DNA of 64,000 nt from an uncultured Chloroflexia bacterium (GCA_963790255.1 CAWBOA010000014.1:96843-160842); one strand, 5' to 3'; positions 49,710-59,603 are shown, numbered from the stretch's first letter. The notes: generated from the sequence alone by a model not told the origin. Translations and numbers: made by a program.

Positions 49710-50479
49710 CGCGTTGCCACGACCGGCCGCGGAGCATTCAGGAGCGAAGGTGGCTGGAAGGTGACGCCCGCGCCCTCGACCGTCGCTACCAGGCCCCGAT
49801 CCAGGACGACCCGTGCGTCGAGGAATGGCTCGAGGCGATCGGTGCTGTGCGACGCGACGACCACGGTGACACCGACATCGTGCCAGGCGGCGAGGAGGCC
49901 CTCGACCAGGGCCATGCCGTCGTCGTCCAGCGCCGCGAAGGGCTCGTCGAGCAGCACGAGCGACGCGTTGCCCAGCAGGATGCGCGCGAGGGCCAGCCGC
50001 TTGCGCATGCCGGCCGAGAGCTCCCGGACGCGCGTGTCGGCGCGCGTGGCGAGGCCGACGTCCGCCAGGGCGCGCGCGACCCGGGTGTGACGATCCGGCG
50101 TGTCGAGCATGGTGGCCGCGAAGTCGAGGTTCTCGCGCGCGGTGAGGTCGTCATACAGGCCCGTGGCATGCGAGAGGTAGGCCACGCGCTCACGGACGAG
50201 CTCGGGGTCGCGGGCCAGGTCCAGGCCGTCAACCCGCGCGTCGCCGTACGAGGGAAGGATCGCGGTCGCCAGCAGGCGCAGGAGGGTTGTCTTGCCCGCG
50301 CCATTCGGGCCGAGCAGAGCCACCGTCCGGCCACCCTCGATCCGCAGCGAGATGCCGGCCAGCGCCGCGCTGCCGCCGAAGAGGCGCGCGAGGTCGGTGG
50401 TTTCGACGCCCGGCGGGCGGTCGTCGGGTGCCCCAAAGGAGCGGGGCGACACGTAGATCGTGGTCTGCGGCATGCTCAA
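49706..50479 (-). CDS. ccmA: cytochrome c biogenesis ATP-binding export protein CcmA
   Basis: GPNGAGKTTLLR, LSAGMRKRLALARIL (CcmA-type signature), LLDEPFAALD. Confidence 0.85.
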   Translation of the reverse strand: MSMPQTTIYVSPRSFGAPDDRPPGVETTDLARLFGGSAALAGISLRIEGGRTVALLGPNGAGKTTLLRLLATAILPSYGDARVDGLDLARDPELVRERVAYLSHATGLYDDLTARENLDFAATMLDTPDRHTRVARALADVGLATRADTRVRELSAGMRKRLALARILLGNASLVLLDEPFAALDDDGMALVEGLLAAWHDVGVTVVVASHSTDRLEPFLDARVVLDRGLVATVEGAGVTFQPPSLLNAPRPVVATR

Positions 50480-50608
50480 CCTGGGGGGCGAAGCTCGGCC
50501 ACCGCACTATGGATGGCGCGTTGGAGACCGTCAAATGCGCGAGCTGGCCGTAACCATGCACGTAACCACAATGCTGCCGGCCCGAGAGAAGAAGGAGCCC
50601 GACGTCCC

Positions 50609-51055
50609 ATGCCCCGAATCCGATTCGCGATCCTCGCCGCCCTGGCGCTCGTCCTCGCCGCGTGCACCACGGCCGCCTCGCCGTCGCCCGACGAATCCGA
50701 ACCGACGACACCGTCGTCAGCCGCCTCGTCGCCGAGCGAGGGAGCTGCGAGCCCGACGGCCGAGGAGTCGGAGGAGCCCGAGACGGCCGAGGAGCGAGTT
50801 CGTATCGACAACTCGCAGTTCGACCCGGGCGAGCTGACCATCGCGGTGGGCACCGAGGTCGTCTTCCTGAACGCCGACAGCTTCACGCACACCGTGACCG
50901 AAGGCACCGATGGTGACGTTGTGGACGATCCGATCGTGGACGATGAGATCGAGCAGAATGGCTCGGTGCGGGTCGTCTTCGACGAGCCGGGAACCTACGA
51001 GATCACGTGCGAGATCCACCCCTCGATGCAGATGACGATCACGGTCGAGGGATGA
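50609..51055 (+). CDS. lipoprotein cupredoxin (blue copper protein, plastocyanin/auracyanin-like)
   Basis: SD gaaggag. Lipobox LVLAAC; Ser/Pro/Glu-rich linker. Cu ligands H (FTHTVTEG), C-x2-H-x2-M (CEIHPSM). Confidence 0.8.
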   Translation: MPRIRFAILAALALVLAACTTAASPSPDESEPTTPSSAASSPSEGAASPTAEESEEPETAEERVRIDNSQFDPGELTIAVGTEVVFLNADSFTHTVTEGTDGDVVDDPIVDDEIEQNGSVRVVFDEPGTYEITCEIHPSMQMTITVEG

Positions 51056-51071
51056 CAGGAGGAGCTTCAGC

Positions 51072-51472
51072 CATGAACCGATCCAGGCCGTTTGCGCTCA
51101 CCGGGGTGCTGCTCGTCATTGCGCATGGCGCTCGCTGCGTGCGCCGGCGGCGGCGACACCGAGTCGCAGCCCGCCAGCGACGGAGGCGGCGCCACCGGCG
51201 ATGGTGGAGGCGCCACCGGCGACACCGTCTCGCTTGCCGGAGGGGCGTTCTCGCCGGCCACGCTCACCGTCGCCGCCGGCACGACGGTCACCTTCACCGA
51301 CACCACCGGCCACACCGTCACCGAGGGCAGCAACGGCACGCCCGTTGACGACCCCATCGTTGACGAGGCCGGCGGCGCGGACGTGGAGGTCACCTTCGAC
51401 GAGCCCGGCACGTACAACATCACGTGCAAGATCCACCCGGGCATGAACATGACGGTCACCGTCGAGGGCTGA
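51072..51472 (+). CDS. second lipoprotein cupredoxin (paralog); 1-nt frameshift in the signal peptide near 51118
   Basis: SD aggagg. MNRSRPFALTGVLLVIA, then out of frame LAACAGGGDT. Cu ligands H (GHTVTEG) and CKIHPGM; 60% identical to the upstream paralog in the barrel. Confidence 0.7.
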
Positions 51473-51540
51473 GCCAGCCCCGATGGGAGGGGGTCGTCGG
51501 TTGATGGCCCGCCTCGGGCGGTGCTAGGGTTCGCGTCCTG

Positions 51541-51921
51541 ATGGACGCCGGCCTCTCCCACAGCCAGCCAGCAACGCCGCGGTCGCGAGCCGCTCGCCGT
51601 GCTGCGGCTCAGCGCGCCGAGTGCGCCGCGACGGCCGCGTTGACCGTGCTGGGCCAGAAGTGGGTGCTGCGCATCATTCGCGAGCTCGGCGAGCGGACCC
51701 AGCGCTTCTGCGAGCTGCAGGACGCGCTGGGTGGCGCGAACTCAGCCACCCTCTCCCAGCGGCTGAAGCTGCTCGAGGACGAGGGGCTCATCGAGCGGCG
51801 GGAGATCAGCGCCGTGCCGCCGTGGGTCGAGTACTCGCTCACCGCCAAGGGCGGCGACCTGCGTGGCGCGATCGCCGGCATCGATCGATGGGCGGATCGC
51901 TGGGCGGCGTCGACGCAGTGA
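51541..51921 (+). CDS. HxlR-family transcriptional regulator
   Basis: LTVLGQKWVLRIIRELGERTQRFCELQDALGGANSATLSQRLKLLEDEGLIERRE. Confidence 0.8.
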   Translation: MDAGLSHSQPATPRSRAARRAAAQRAECAATAALTVLGQKWVLRIIRELGERTQRFCELQDALGGANSATLSQRLKLLEDEGLIERREISAVPPWVEYSLTAKGGDLRGAIAGIDRWADRWAASTQ

Positions 51922-52406
51922 GCCACCCGGTCGCAGAGGAACGCCCGGCCACTCATGGGGACGCGCTGAACGTCCTCCGCGCCGCCATCGCCGACGCCCC
52001 ATCACCGGCCACCGGCGCGCAGCGCGCGGTCGAGCTGCTCCGGGATCGATTCCCCCATTACGACTGGGTCGGGATCTACTGGGTCGAGGGCTCGGACCTC
52101 GTGCTCGGCCCGTGGGTTGGCCCGGAGGCGACCGAGCACACCCGCATCCCGATCGGCACCGGCGTCTGCGGCGCGGCCGCCGCGTCGGGTCGCACCGAGA
52201 TCGTCCCCGACGTCCATGCTGACCCGCGCTACCTGGCCTGCTTCGCGAGCACGCGAAGCGAGATCGTGGTCCCGATCTTCGACCGTGGCGAAGTGGTCGG
52301 CGAGATCGACGTCGACGGGTCCGACCTCGACGCATTCGACGAGATGGACGCGCGCTTCCTCGAGGAGGCCGCCGCCCTCGTCGCGCCGCTTCGGCCCCGG
52401 TCGTAA
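51918..52406 (+). CDS. GAF-domain protein (free Met-R-sulfoxide reductase-like)
   Basis: GTG start overlapping the hxlR stop. WVGIYWVEGSDLVLGPWVGPEATEHTRIPIGTGVCGAAAASGRTEIVPDVHADPRYLAC resembles the fRMsr/GAF pattern. Confidence 0.65.
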   Translation: MSHPVAEERPATHGDALNVLRAAIADAPSPATGAQRAVELLRDRFPHYDWVGIYWVEGSDLVLGPWVGPEATEHTRIPIGTGVCGAAAASGRTEIVPDVHADPRYLACFASTRSEIVVPIFDRGEVVGEIDVDGSDLDAFDEMDARFLEEAAALVAPLRPRS

Positions 52407-52430
52407 CCGCGGTCGTAGGGCATCGGTGAG

Positions 52431-52946
52431 ATGTCCACCGCTCCGGGTCCCTTCGAGCAGGTCTACGACGAGCACGTCGTGGGGATCTATCGCTTCATCT
52501 ACGCCCGCGTCGGCAACCACCCGGATGCCGAGGACCTGACCGCGCAGGTCTTCGTCCGCGCCGTGGAGCAGCTGGACACGACGCGTCAGCCTGGCCAGAT
52601 CGCGGCGTGGCTGTATCGCGTCGCGCACAACGCCACGGCCGACCACTGGCGCGCCTTCTACCGCCTCCCGCTCGTCGGCGTCGACCGGGTCGCCCCCGGC
52701 TGGGAGCCGATCGACGAGGGTGAGCGCCCACCGTCCGACCCGGACGATCGCGCTCGCGACCGCGTCCAGGCGCTGCTCCGGCGCCTTCCGGACCACTACC
52801 GCCGCGTGCTCGAGCTCCGCTTCCTGGAGCGAAAGAGCGTGGCCGAGACGGCGAACGCGATGGGGATCACCAGCGGCAACGCCCGCGTGTTGCAGTACCG
52901 CGCGCTGCGCCGAGCGGCGCTGATCGGGGATTCGACCGATGGCTGA
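52431..52946 (+). CDS. ECF sigma factor
   Basis: Region 2 (VVGIYRFIYARVGNHPDAEDLTAQVFVRA...AWLYRVAHN) and region 4 (LPDHYRRVLELRFLERKSVAETANAMGITSGNARVLQYRALR). Confidence 0.85.
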   Translation: MSTAPGPFEQVYDEHVVGIYRFIYARVGNHPDAEDLTAQVFVRAVEQLDTTRQPGQIAAWLYRVAHNATADHWRAFYRLPLVGVDRVAPGWEPIDEGERPPSDPDDRARDRVQALLRRLPDHYRRVLELRFLERKSVAETANAMGITSGNARVLQYRALRRAALIGDSTDG

Positions 52947-53742
52947 CGACGAGCGCCGCCTGAACGACGCCGCCGATCGCTTCGACGGCTACCTCGAGAC
53001 GCTCCTCGGGGATGGGCGGCCCTCCCCGGACTCGGTGGGGGATCGCGACGAGGCCGAGATGGCGCGCATGGCGGCCGAGTTGGCGGCCGGCGGTCAGGCG
53101 CCCGACGCGGCGGCGCCGGATCCGGCGTTCGTCGAGCAGCTTCGCCTCCGCATGCGCGAGGCCGACGGCGGCATCGCCTCCGTCCGCGTTCCGCCACCGG
53201 TCCGCGAGCCGGCACGTCCGGCGGGCGCGGCACGTTGGCGGCTCTCCCGGCGCCAGCTGCTGCAGGCCGGGCTGGGCGCCGCGGCGGGCATGGCGGCCGG
53301 CGTCATCGGCGCTTCGCTGCGGGCCGATGCGGAGCGACGCAGCACCCTGGGCGACGGCGACCCGCTCGTGTCGGGCGAGGGCTTCTGGACGGAGGTGGCG
53401 CGGGTGGACGAGGTCCCGGAAGGAGCGGCGCTGCGCTTCAGCACGGCCGCCTTCAACGGCTTCATCGTGAACGACGCTGGCGAGATCCGTGCTCTCTCAT
53501 CGGTCTGCACCCACATGGGCTGCACGCTCCACTTCCGGCCGGACTGGAGCGATCTGCGCTGTCCGTGCCACGGCGCGAGCTTCGACCTGGCCGGGCGGCT
53601 CGCCAACGGCCGGACCACGTGGCGCGCCGAGGGCGCCTATCCGGGCGATGCGCGCGCGTATCCGATCGAGCTGCCGGACCTCGTCCGCCCGCTGGTCAAG
53701 GTCGACGGCGAGCGAATCCTGGTGTGGACCGCCCAGGCCTAG
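52939..53742 (+). CDS. membrane-anchored Rieske [2Fe-2S] domain protein with ~90-aa N-terminal cytoplasmic extension, translationally coupled to the ECF sigma (putative anti-sigma)
   Basis: Tat-like RRQLLQAGLGAAAGMAAG followed by a Rieske fold CTHMGCTLHF...CPCHGASF. The start overlaps the sigma stop. Confidence 0.65.
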   Translation: MADDERRLNDAADRFDGYLETLLGDGRPSPDSVGDRDEAEMARMAAELAAGGQAPDAAAPDPAFVEQLRLRMREADGGIASVRVPPPVREPARPAGAARWRLSRRQLLQAGLGAAAGMAAGVIGASLRADAERRSTLGDGDPLVSGEGFWTEVARVDEVPEGAALRFSTAAFNGFIVNDAGEIRALSSVCTHMGCTLHFRPDWSDLRCPCHGASFDLAGRLANGRTTWRAEGAYPGDARAYPIELPDLVRPLVKVDGERILVWTAQA

Positions 53743-53966
53743 AAGAGCACCTGGAAGAGGTAGCCGATCAGGTACGGGATCGCCAGGATCACGAGGATGA
53801 TGGCCAGGACCAGGCCGGCGTAGAGGAAGAGGGACAGGTCGGGGACTTCCGATCGCCTCGGCGGCGGCGTGAGGCGCCGCGGCAGGTGCGACGGGCGGCG
53901 TGGCCGCTGGTGCTCGTACTTGTGCGGCTCGGAGAGGTCGGGCATCTTCAGCGGGGAGGCGGGCAC
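53739..53966 (-). CDS. small Pro/Arg-rich protein with C-terminal TM helix (75 aa)
   Basis: The ORF lies between convergent genes and is coupled to the upstream dehydrogenase stop. LVLAIILVILAIPYLIGYLF TM. Confidence 0.3.
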   Translation of the reverse strand: MPASPLKMPDLSEPHKYEHQRPRRPSHLPRRLTPPPRRSEVPDLSLFLYAGLVLAIILVILAIPYLIGYLFQVLF

Positions 53967-53968
53967 GG

Positions 53969-54949
53969 TCAGTCGTAGACCTCAGGGTTGATTGGCGTCG
54001 GCAGTCGCTCGCCGCGCAGGCCGGCGAGCAGATTCGCGGCCGCCATGGCCGCCATCTTCCCGCGCGTCACGCGCGATGCCGACGCGATGTGCGGCACCAC
54101 CACGCAGTTTGACAGCCCCACCAGCGGGTGGTCGGCCGGCAGCGGCTCGGGGTCGGTCACGTCAAGGCCGGCGGCGAAGATGGCGTTCGTGCGCAGCGCC
54201 CGCTCCAGCGCGATGGGGTCGACCACCGGCCCGCGCGACGTGTTGACGATCACGGCCGTCGGCTTCATGGCCGCGAGGGCCTCCGCGTCGATCAGGTGGT
54301 GCGTCTCATCGGTCAGGTTGACGTGCAGCGTCACGAAGTCTGACTCGCGGAGCAGCTCATCCATCTCGACCCGGCGGGCGCCCAGCTCGGCCTCCTCCTC
54401 CGGCGTCGCCGGATGCACGTCGTGATAGAGGATGCGCATCCCGAAGCCACGGCCCCGACGGGCCATCTCGCGGCCGATCCGGCCGAAGCCGACGATCCCG
54501 AGCGTCGCGCCATGGATGTCGACGCCCATGAGCAGCATCGGCCCCCAGGTCCGCCAGTTCCCATCGCGGACGTAATCGACGGACTCGGGGATCCGTCGAG
54601 CGGCTGCCATGATCAGGGCGAAGGCGAGGTCCGCGGTCGTCTCGGTCAGCACGCCGGGCGTGTTTCCCGCCGGAATGCGCCGCCGGGTACAGGCGGCCAC
54701 GTCGATGTTGTCGAACCCGACGGCGAAGTTGCTGACGACCTTCAGCTGCGGGCCAGCGGTATCCAGCAGCTCGTCGTCGACCGAATCGGTCAGGAGCGAG
54801 AGGAGCCCGTCGACGCCGGCAACCCGGCGCAGGAGCTCGTCGCGGGGCGGAGGCAGCTCGTCGGTCCACAGGTCGACCTCGCATGCGTCGCGGACCTTGT
54901 CGAGCCCCTCGTCCGGGATGATCCGGGTGACGAGGACGCGCGGCTTCAC
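53969..54949 (-). CDS. D-isomer-specific 2-hydroxyacid dehydrogenase (glyoxylate/hydroxypyruvate reductase-like)
   Basis: GTG start [12 protein letters not shown] motif [15 protein letters not shown]. Catalytic R...E...H (VVPHIASAS). Confidence 0.85.
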   Translation of the reverse strand: MKPRVLVTRIIPDEGLDKVRDACEVDLWTDELPPPRDELLRRVAGVDGLLSLLTDSVDDELLDTAGPQLKVVSNFAVGFDNIDVAACTRRRIPAGNTPGVLTETTADLAFALIMAAARRIPESVDYVRDGNWRTWGPMLLMGVDIHGATLGIVGFGRIGREMARRGRGFGMRILYHDVHPATPEEEAELGARRVEMDELLRESDFVTLHVNLTDETHHLIDAEALAAMKPTAVIVNTSRGPVVDPIALERALRTNAIFAAGLDVTDPEPLPADHPLVGLSNCVVVPHIASASRVTRGKMAAMAAANLLAGLRGERLPTPINPEVYD

Positions 54950-56124
54950 CGGGCCCCGACCAGCGCGCCGGTGCGCTCCAGCTTGGCGAGGGACTCGGCC
55001 ACACGGTCGAGGGCGGCGGCAAGGTTCTCGCGCGAGTTGGCGTAGCTGAAGCGGAGGTGGCCCTCGCCGTACGACCCGAACGCCGTGCCGGAGAGGCCGC
55101 ACACGCCGGCGTCATAGAGGAGATGGTCGGCGATCTCGTTGCTGGTGCGCCCGAACGAGGTCACGTTGGGGAACGTGTAGAAGGCGCCGTGCGGCATGAC
55201 GCACGAGACGCCGGGGATCGCGTTCAGCCCGTCGACCATGAGCTGGCGGCGAGCGATGAACTCCTCGCGCATCGCGTTCGCGGCGTCCTGCGGCCCGGCG
55301 AGCGCCTCGATCGCGCCGTACTGCGCGAAGGCGTTGGTGCACGACACGCTGTTGATGACGAGCTGGCTGAACGCGGGTGCGAGCCACGCGGGCACGACCC
55401 CATAGCCGAGCCGCCATCCGGTCATCGCGAAGGTCTTGCTGAAGCCGTCCAGCGTGATCGTGCGCTCCGCCATGCCGGGCAGGGTCGCGATCGAGAGCAG
55501 CTCGCCGGAGTACTGGAGGCGCCCGTAGATCTCATCGGCCAGGACGACGAGGTCGTGCTCCACCGCCAGCTCGGCGAGGCGCCGGATGTCGGCGTCGGTC
55601 AGGATCGAGCCGGTCGGGTTGTGTGGCGAGTTGAAGACCAGGAGCTTCGTGCGGGGCGTGATGAGGCTCGCGACCTCGTCGAGGTCCATCCGAAAGTCGT
55701 TCGCCTCGCGCAGCGGCGCCGCCACCGGCGTACCGCCGGCGTAGCGCGCCATCGACTCGTAGATCGGGAAGCCGGGATTGGGATAGATGACCTCGTCGCC
55801 GTCCTCGATGAGCGCGAGCATGGCGTAGAACATGATCGGCTTGGCCCCTGGCGTGACGACCACCTGGTCGGGGGTGGTCGTGATGCCCTTCCAGCGCGCG
55901 ACGTCGGCGACGATCGCGTCGCGCAGGGCCGGGATCCCGGTCGGCGACGTGTAGTGGGTTTGGGCGTCCTCGAGCAGCGCATGCGCGGCCGCGTTGGAGA
56001 CGTTTCGCGGGGTGTCGAAGTCCGGCTCGCCGATCTCGAGGTGGATGACGTGGCGGCCGGTCGCCTCGAGCGCGCGGGCACGCGCCGCAGCCTCGAAGGC
56101 GGTCTCCGTGCCGATCCGGTCCAT
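54946..56124 (-). CDS. pyridoxal-phosphate-dependent aminotransferase, class I (aspartate aminotransferase-like)
   Basis: [21 protein letters not shown] (PLP lysine). Confidence 0.85.
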   Translation of the reverse strand: MDRIGTETAFEAAARARALEATGRHVIHLEIGEPDFDTPRNVSNAAAHALLEDAQTHYTSPTGIPALRDAIVADVARWKGITTTPDQVVVTPGAKPIMFYAMLALIEDGDEVIYPNPGFPIYESMARYAGGTPVAAPLREANDFRMDLDEVASLITPRTKLLVFNSPHNPTGSILTDADIRRLAELAVEHDLVVLADEIYGRLQYSGELLSIATLPGMAERTITLDGFSKTFAMTGWRLGYGVVPAWLAPAFSQLVINSVSCTNAFAQYGAIEALAGPQDAANAMREEFIARRQLMVDGLNAIPGVSCVMPHGAFYTFPNVTSFGRTSNEIADHLLYDAGVCGLSGTAFGSYGEGHLRFSYANSRENLAAALDRVAESLAKLERTGALVGAR

Positions 56125-56342
56125 GCGGCTGGCTAGTCTCACGCTGGATGGCCCTCGCGCTTCAGTGACCGTCGACGGTCTCCGACCGTGGCTCGTAAGT
56201 GTACCGATCGAGCGTGGGCGCGCCGCCGCACGACCCGCCGACGTTGACCGCGGTTCTACGATGACGATGGCTGCCGAGCAAGCAAGCGACTCCGGTGCGC
56301 GACCCGTGCGCCGCCGCTGACATCGGGCAGGAGGTGTGCCAG

Positions 56343-56759
56343 GTGGATCTCTCGAAGCTCAGTGCGAATGAGCGGATGGCGGTCTTCGCGTCCGCGGTGG
56401 TGGTCATCTCGGGGCTCATCAGCCTCATGAACAGCTGGGGGACCCTGATGCTCGTGGCGCTGCTGGCAGGCGCCGTCGTCCTTGGCGGCATCCTCCTCCC
56501 GCAGCTATCACCGGGGACGAACCTTCCGGCGCCGAAGGGCCTCGTCATGCTCGGCGGCGGTGTGGTGGCCGCGGTCTCCTTCGTGGTGACGGCGATCGAT
56601 TGGCTCGGCTGGATCGGCGACAACTTCGCCAGCTTCGACGCGATCCAATTCCTGGTCGGCCTTGTCGCGTCGCTCGTCCTTGCCTGGACCGGATGGAAGG
56701 CGTACCAGGAGTCGGGGCGGGCGGGGTCCGCGGCGCCGCCGACGGCACCTCCCGCCTGA
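56343..56759 (+). CDS. hypothetical membrane protein
   Basis: GTG after an aggagg SD; 4 TM helices. Confidence 0.4.
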   Translation: MDLSKLSANERMAVFASAVVVISGLISLMNSWGTLMLVALLAGAVVLGGILLPQLSPGTNLPAPKGLVMLGGGVVAAVSFVVTAIDWLGWIGDNFASFDAIQFLVGLVASLVLAWTGWKAYQESGRAGSAAPPTAPPA

Positions 56760-56873
56760 GAAGGACGGGACGATCGGGCCGTTGCCGGCACGCCGGCGCG
56801 CGCTGGTATACTTTCCAAAGCGAAATCCAACCCCGATGCGCCATCCGGGCGCCCATCAGGAGACCGATCCGAT

Positions 56874-57299
56874 ATGACGTTGTCAGAGACTCCTCGCGAG
56901 CCGATCTCGATGACCGGCGGCGCACCGACGGGTGGGCTGCTCGTATCGGTCACCGAGGCTGCCGCGAAGAAGGTGCTCGAGCTCCGATCTCGCGAGGGCA
57001 AGGCCGAGGCGAACCTCCGCCTCTTCGTGAAGAGCGGTGGCTGCTCGGGCTTCAGCTACGGCCTCGCCTTCGACGACAAGATCAACGAGGGCGACCGCCT
57101 CGAGGATCACGCCGGCGTCCCGATCGTGATCGACCAGTTCAGCCAGCAGTACGTGGACGGCGCCGAGATCGATTACGTCGACTCGCTCATGGGGTCCGGG
57201 TTCGCGATCAACAACCCGAACGCGGTGAGCAGCTGCGCGTGCGGCTCGTCGTTCAACACCGACGGCTCTGCCTCGAAGGCGGGCGGCTGCGCCCACTAG
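56874..57299 (+). CDS. HesB/IscA-family Fe-S cluster insertion protein
   Basis: FVKSGGCSGFSYGL...SCACGSSF (three conserved Cys). Confidence 0.85.
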   Translation: MTLSETPREPISMTGGAPTGGLLVSVTEAAAKKVLELRSREGKAEANLRLFVKSGGCSGFSYGLAFDDKINEGDRLEDHAGVPIVIDQFSQQYVDGAEIDYVDSLMGSGFAINNPNAVSSCACGSSFNTDGSASKAGGCAH

Positions 57300-57324
57300 G
57301 CATTTGCCTCGCTCAGCCGCTCAC

Positions 57325-57356
57325 GAAGCCCCGGCTCACCCGCCGGGGCTTCTTCG
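57325..57356 (+). terminator. intrinsic terminator-like hairpin after iscA
   Basis: gaagccccggc-tcaccc-gccggggcttc, an 11-bp perfect stem, followed by ttcg. Confidence 0.5.
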
Positions 57357-57416
57357 CGCGTCAAGCCTGGGACGCTCACTGCAGTGAGTCGAATCCCAAC
57401 GAGTTAACATGCTCCT

Positions 57417-58151
57417 GTGAGTAGCACGTTTGCCGTCGAGTCGGCTCCCTCGCCCGCCGAGGCCCTGCGCCGCGGCTTCGCGACCGCATGGGGCGAGATC
57501 GGGGCGGCATGGGGTGTGGCACCGTCGACCGCCACTGTCCAGGGGTACCTGCTCGTCTCCGACGGCCCGCTGTCCGAGCCGGAGGTCCGGCGAGCACTCG
57601 GGATGAGCCACCGCGCGGCCAGCCTGGCGCTGGCCCAGTGCGAGGAATGGGGGCTCATCGAGCGCGCCGAGCTTCCCCGCCGATCCGGCCAGCGCGGCCC
57701 GGCAGCCACGGCATGGACCGTCGTGGACGACCACTGGGAGTGGTTCCGCCGCGTCGCGTCGGCGCGCAAGGAGCGCGAGACCGACCCGGTGCTGCCCGTC
57801 ATCGCGCGCTGCGTCGAGGAGGCGCGAGCGATCGCCGAGCGCAACGCGGATTCGGACATGGCTCGGCTGGGCGAACGGTTCGCGGCCCTGCTCGAGTTCG
57901 TCCGGCGCTTCGACCGGGGCGTCGAGATCTTCGTGCGAGGCGACGCGCGCGCCATCGAGGGCGTCTTCGAGGCACTGAACCGCCTTGACGACGAGACGAT
58001 CGATCAGCTCTGGCGGCTGGTGGCGGTGCTCGGGCCCGATGACACGGTGCGGGCGGCCGAGGCCCTGGCCACCCTGCCGCCCGCGGCCGCCCGCCGGCTC
58101 ATCGCGCTGGCCGACCAGCCGGTCCTGCGCAAGCTCGTTGGGATGCGCTAG
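57417..58151 (+). CDS. winged-helix transcriptional regulator (MarR/GbsR-like)
   Basis: LSEPEVRRALGMSHRAASLALAQCEEWGLIER wHTH plus a long helical C-terminal domain. Confidence 0.5.
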   Translation: MSSTFAVESAPSPAEALRRGFATAWGEIGAAWGVAPSTATVQGYLLVSDGPLSEPEVRRALGMSHRAASLALAQCEEWGLIERAELPRRSGQRGPAATAWTVVDDHWEWFRRVASARKERETDPVLPVIARCVEEARAIAERNADSDMARLGERFAALLEFVRRFDRGVEIFVRGDARAIEGVFEALNRLDDETIDQLWRLVAVLGPDDTVRAAEALATLPPAAARRLIALADQPVLRKLVGMR

Positions 58152-58154
58152 GCG

Positions 58155-59603
58155 CTACTCGCCGGAGCCGTCGTCCTCGAAGACCGAAGCGCCGGCGACC
58201 ACGGTCGTCCCATCCCCGCCGCCAAGCGCCGCCGGCAGGGGGCGCGGCACCGGCACCGTCGTGACGTGGCGCTCGACCACGGCGCGGGTTCCCGCGATGC
58301 CGAGCTCGTCGAAGAGGACGCCAAACCTGGCGCGCAGGTTGGCCCCGATCTCGTCGGCGGCCGACCCGGGGAGGGTCCAGAGCTGCCGCTTGAACGGCCC
58401 GATCGCCTTCTTGCGCGTCTTGTACAGGAACTGCTCGTCGGTCTCGCCGTCCTTGCGCTCATCAACGCAGTTGGCGACGCACCACTCCATCATCTCGGCC
58501 CGGAGGTCGGCCGGCAGCCCACCGCCGTCGTACAGGATGTTCTGGAACCCGGTGGCGAGGTGGATCTCGGCCGTGCCGTTGACCGGGAAGTGGTGGAACG
58601 CGTCCTCGGGCAGGGTCGAGGCGCCGTGCTGGACGCAGCCGGCCATGCCGTACTCGTCCCGCGCGACGGTCGAGAGCCGCCGCAGCGTGTCGAAGTCGAT
58701 GCTGACCTCGGCGATCGACCCGTCTGGCATCGGGACTCCGCCGTGGCTCGTCCCGGTCTGGACGCTGACCTTGCTGATCGGCTCGGCCGTGCCGCAGCGC
58801 TCCAGGTAGCCGTCGAGATAGGCGCGCAGCTCCTCCTCGGTCGAGTTCGACTTGCCGACCTCGCCGATCTCGCCGCCGACGCTGATCGTCACGCCGTCGG
58901 GCTGGAGCGTCCGCACCAGGCGGGTCAGCTCGGCCGTGTTCTCGGCGTTGACGCGCTGTTGCTCAGCGACCGTCGGCTGCGACAGGTCCACCAGCGTCGA
59001 GCTGTCGATGTCGATGTTCAGGAACCCGGCGGCGACCGCCTCGCGAGTCAGGTCGCGCAGGCCGTCGAGCTCGCCGTCCGGATCGGCCCCCCACTTGGTC
59101 GCGTTGAACTGGAAGTGATCGCCCTGCAGGAAGACGGGCGACCGCCATCCGCTACGCAATGCGGCGGCCAGGATGACCGCCGCGTACTCGGCCGGGCGCT
59201 GCTCGGTGTACGCCATCTCGCTCTTCGCGATCTCGAAGATCACGGTCGCGGCGTCACGCTCCAGTGCCGCCGCGAAGGCGGCCCGGGCGGTGAGATACGA
59301 GGCGGCCCGCACGTTGATGGCGGGCACGGTGAAGGCGTCGGCCGCCACCTCGCCGCGCCCGCGGGCGCGGTAGAGCTCGTGGATCGAGGACGAGCCGCAC
59401 CCGAGCGCCTGCGAGGCGCTCCAGATGACCCAGCGCGCCGCGTCGCGAGCGCCGGCATCGGTGCCGAAGACGGCCTCGAAACAGAGGTCGTCCATCAGCT
59501 CGCCGCGCAGCGCGGCCTCGTCGGCGACCTCGAGGCCACCGTCGCCGATCGTGGCGACACCGCGGAGGCGTTCGCGCAGGTCGGTCGCCGCGTGCGGGCT
59601 CAT
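58155..59603 (-). CDS. class II (metal-dependent) aldolase family protein, long form
   Basis: ISVGGEIGEVG (class II EL/IGxxGGxE motif); HG metal ligand (QTGTSHGG); LQGDHF. Confidence 0.6.
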   Translation of the reverse strand: MSPHAATDLRERLRGVATIGDGGLEVADEAALRGELMDDLCFEAVFGTDAGARDAARWVIWSASQALGCGSSSIHELYRARGRGEVAADAFTVPAINVRAASYLTARAAFAAALERDAATVIFEIAKSEMAYTEQRPAEYAAVILAAALRSGWRSPVFLQGDHFQFNATKWGADPDGELDGLRDLTREAVAAGFLNIDIDSSTLVDLSQPTVAEQQRVNAENTAELTRLVRTLQPDGVTISVGGEIGEVGKSNSTEEELRAYLDGYLERCGTAEPISKVSVQTGTSHGGVPMPDGSIAEVSIDFDTLRRLSTVARDEYGMAGCVQHGASTLPEDAFHHFPVNGTAEIHLATGFQNILYDGGGLPADLRAEMMEWCVANCVDERKDGETDEQFLYKTRKKAIGPFKRQLWTLPGSAADEIGANLRARFGVLFDELGIAGTRAVVERHVTTVPVPRPLPAALGGGDGTTVVAGASVFEDDGSGE

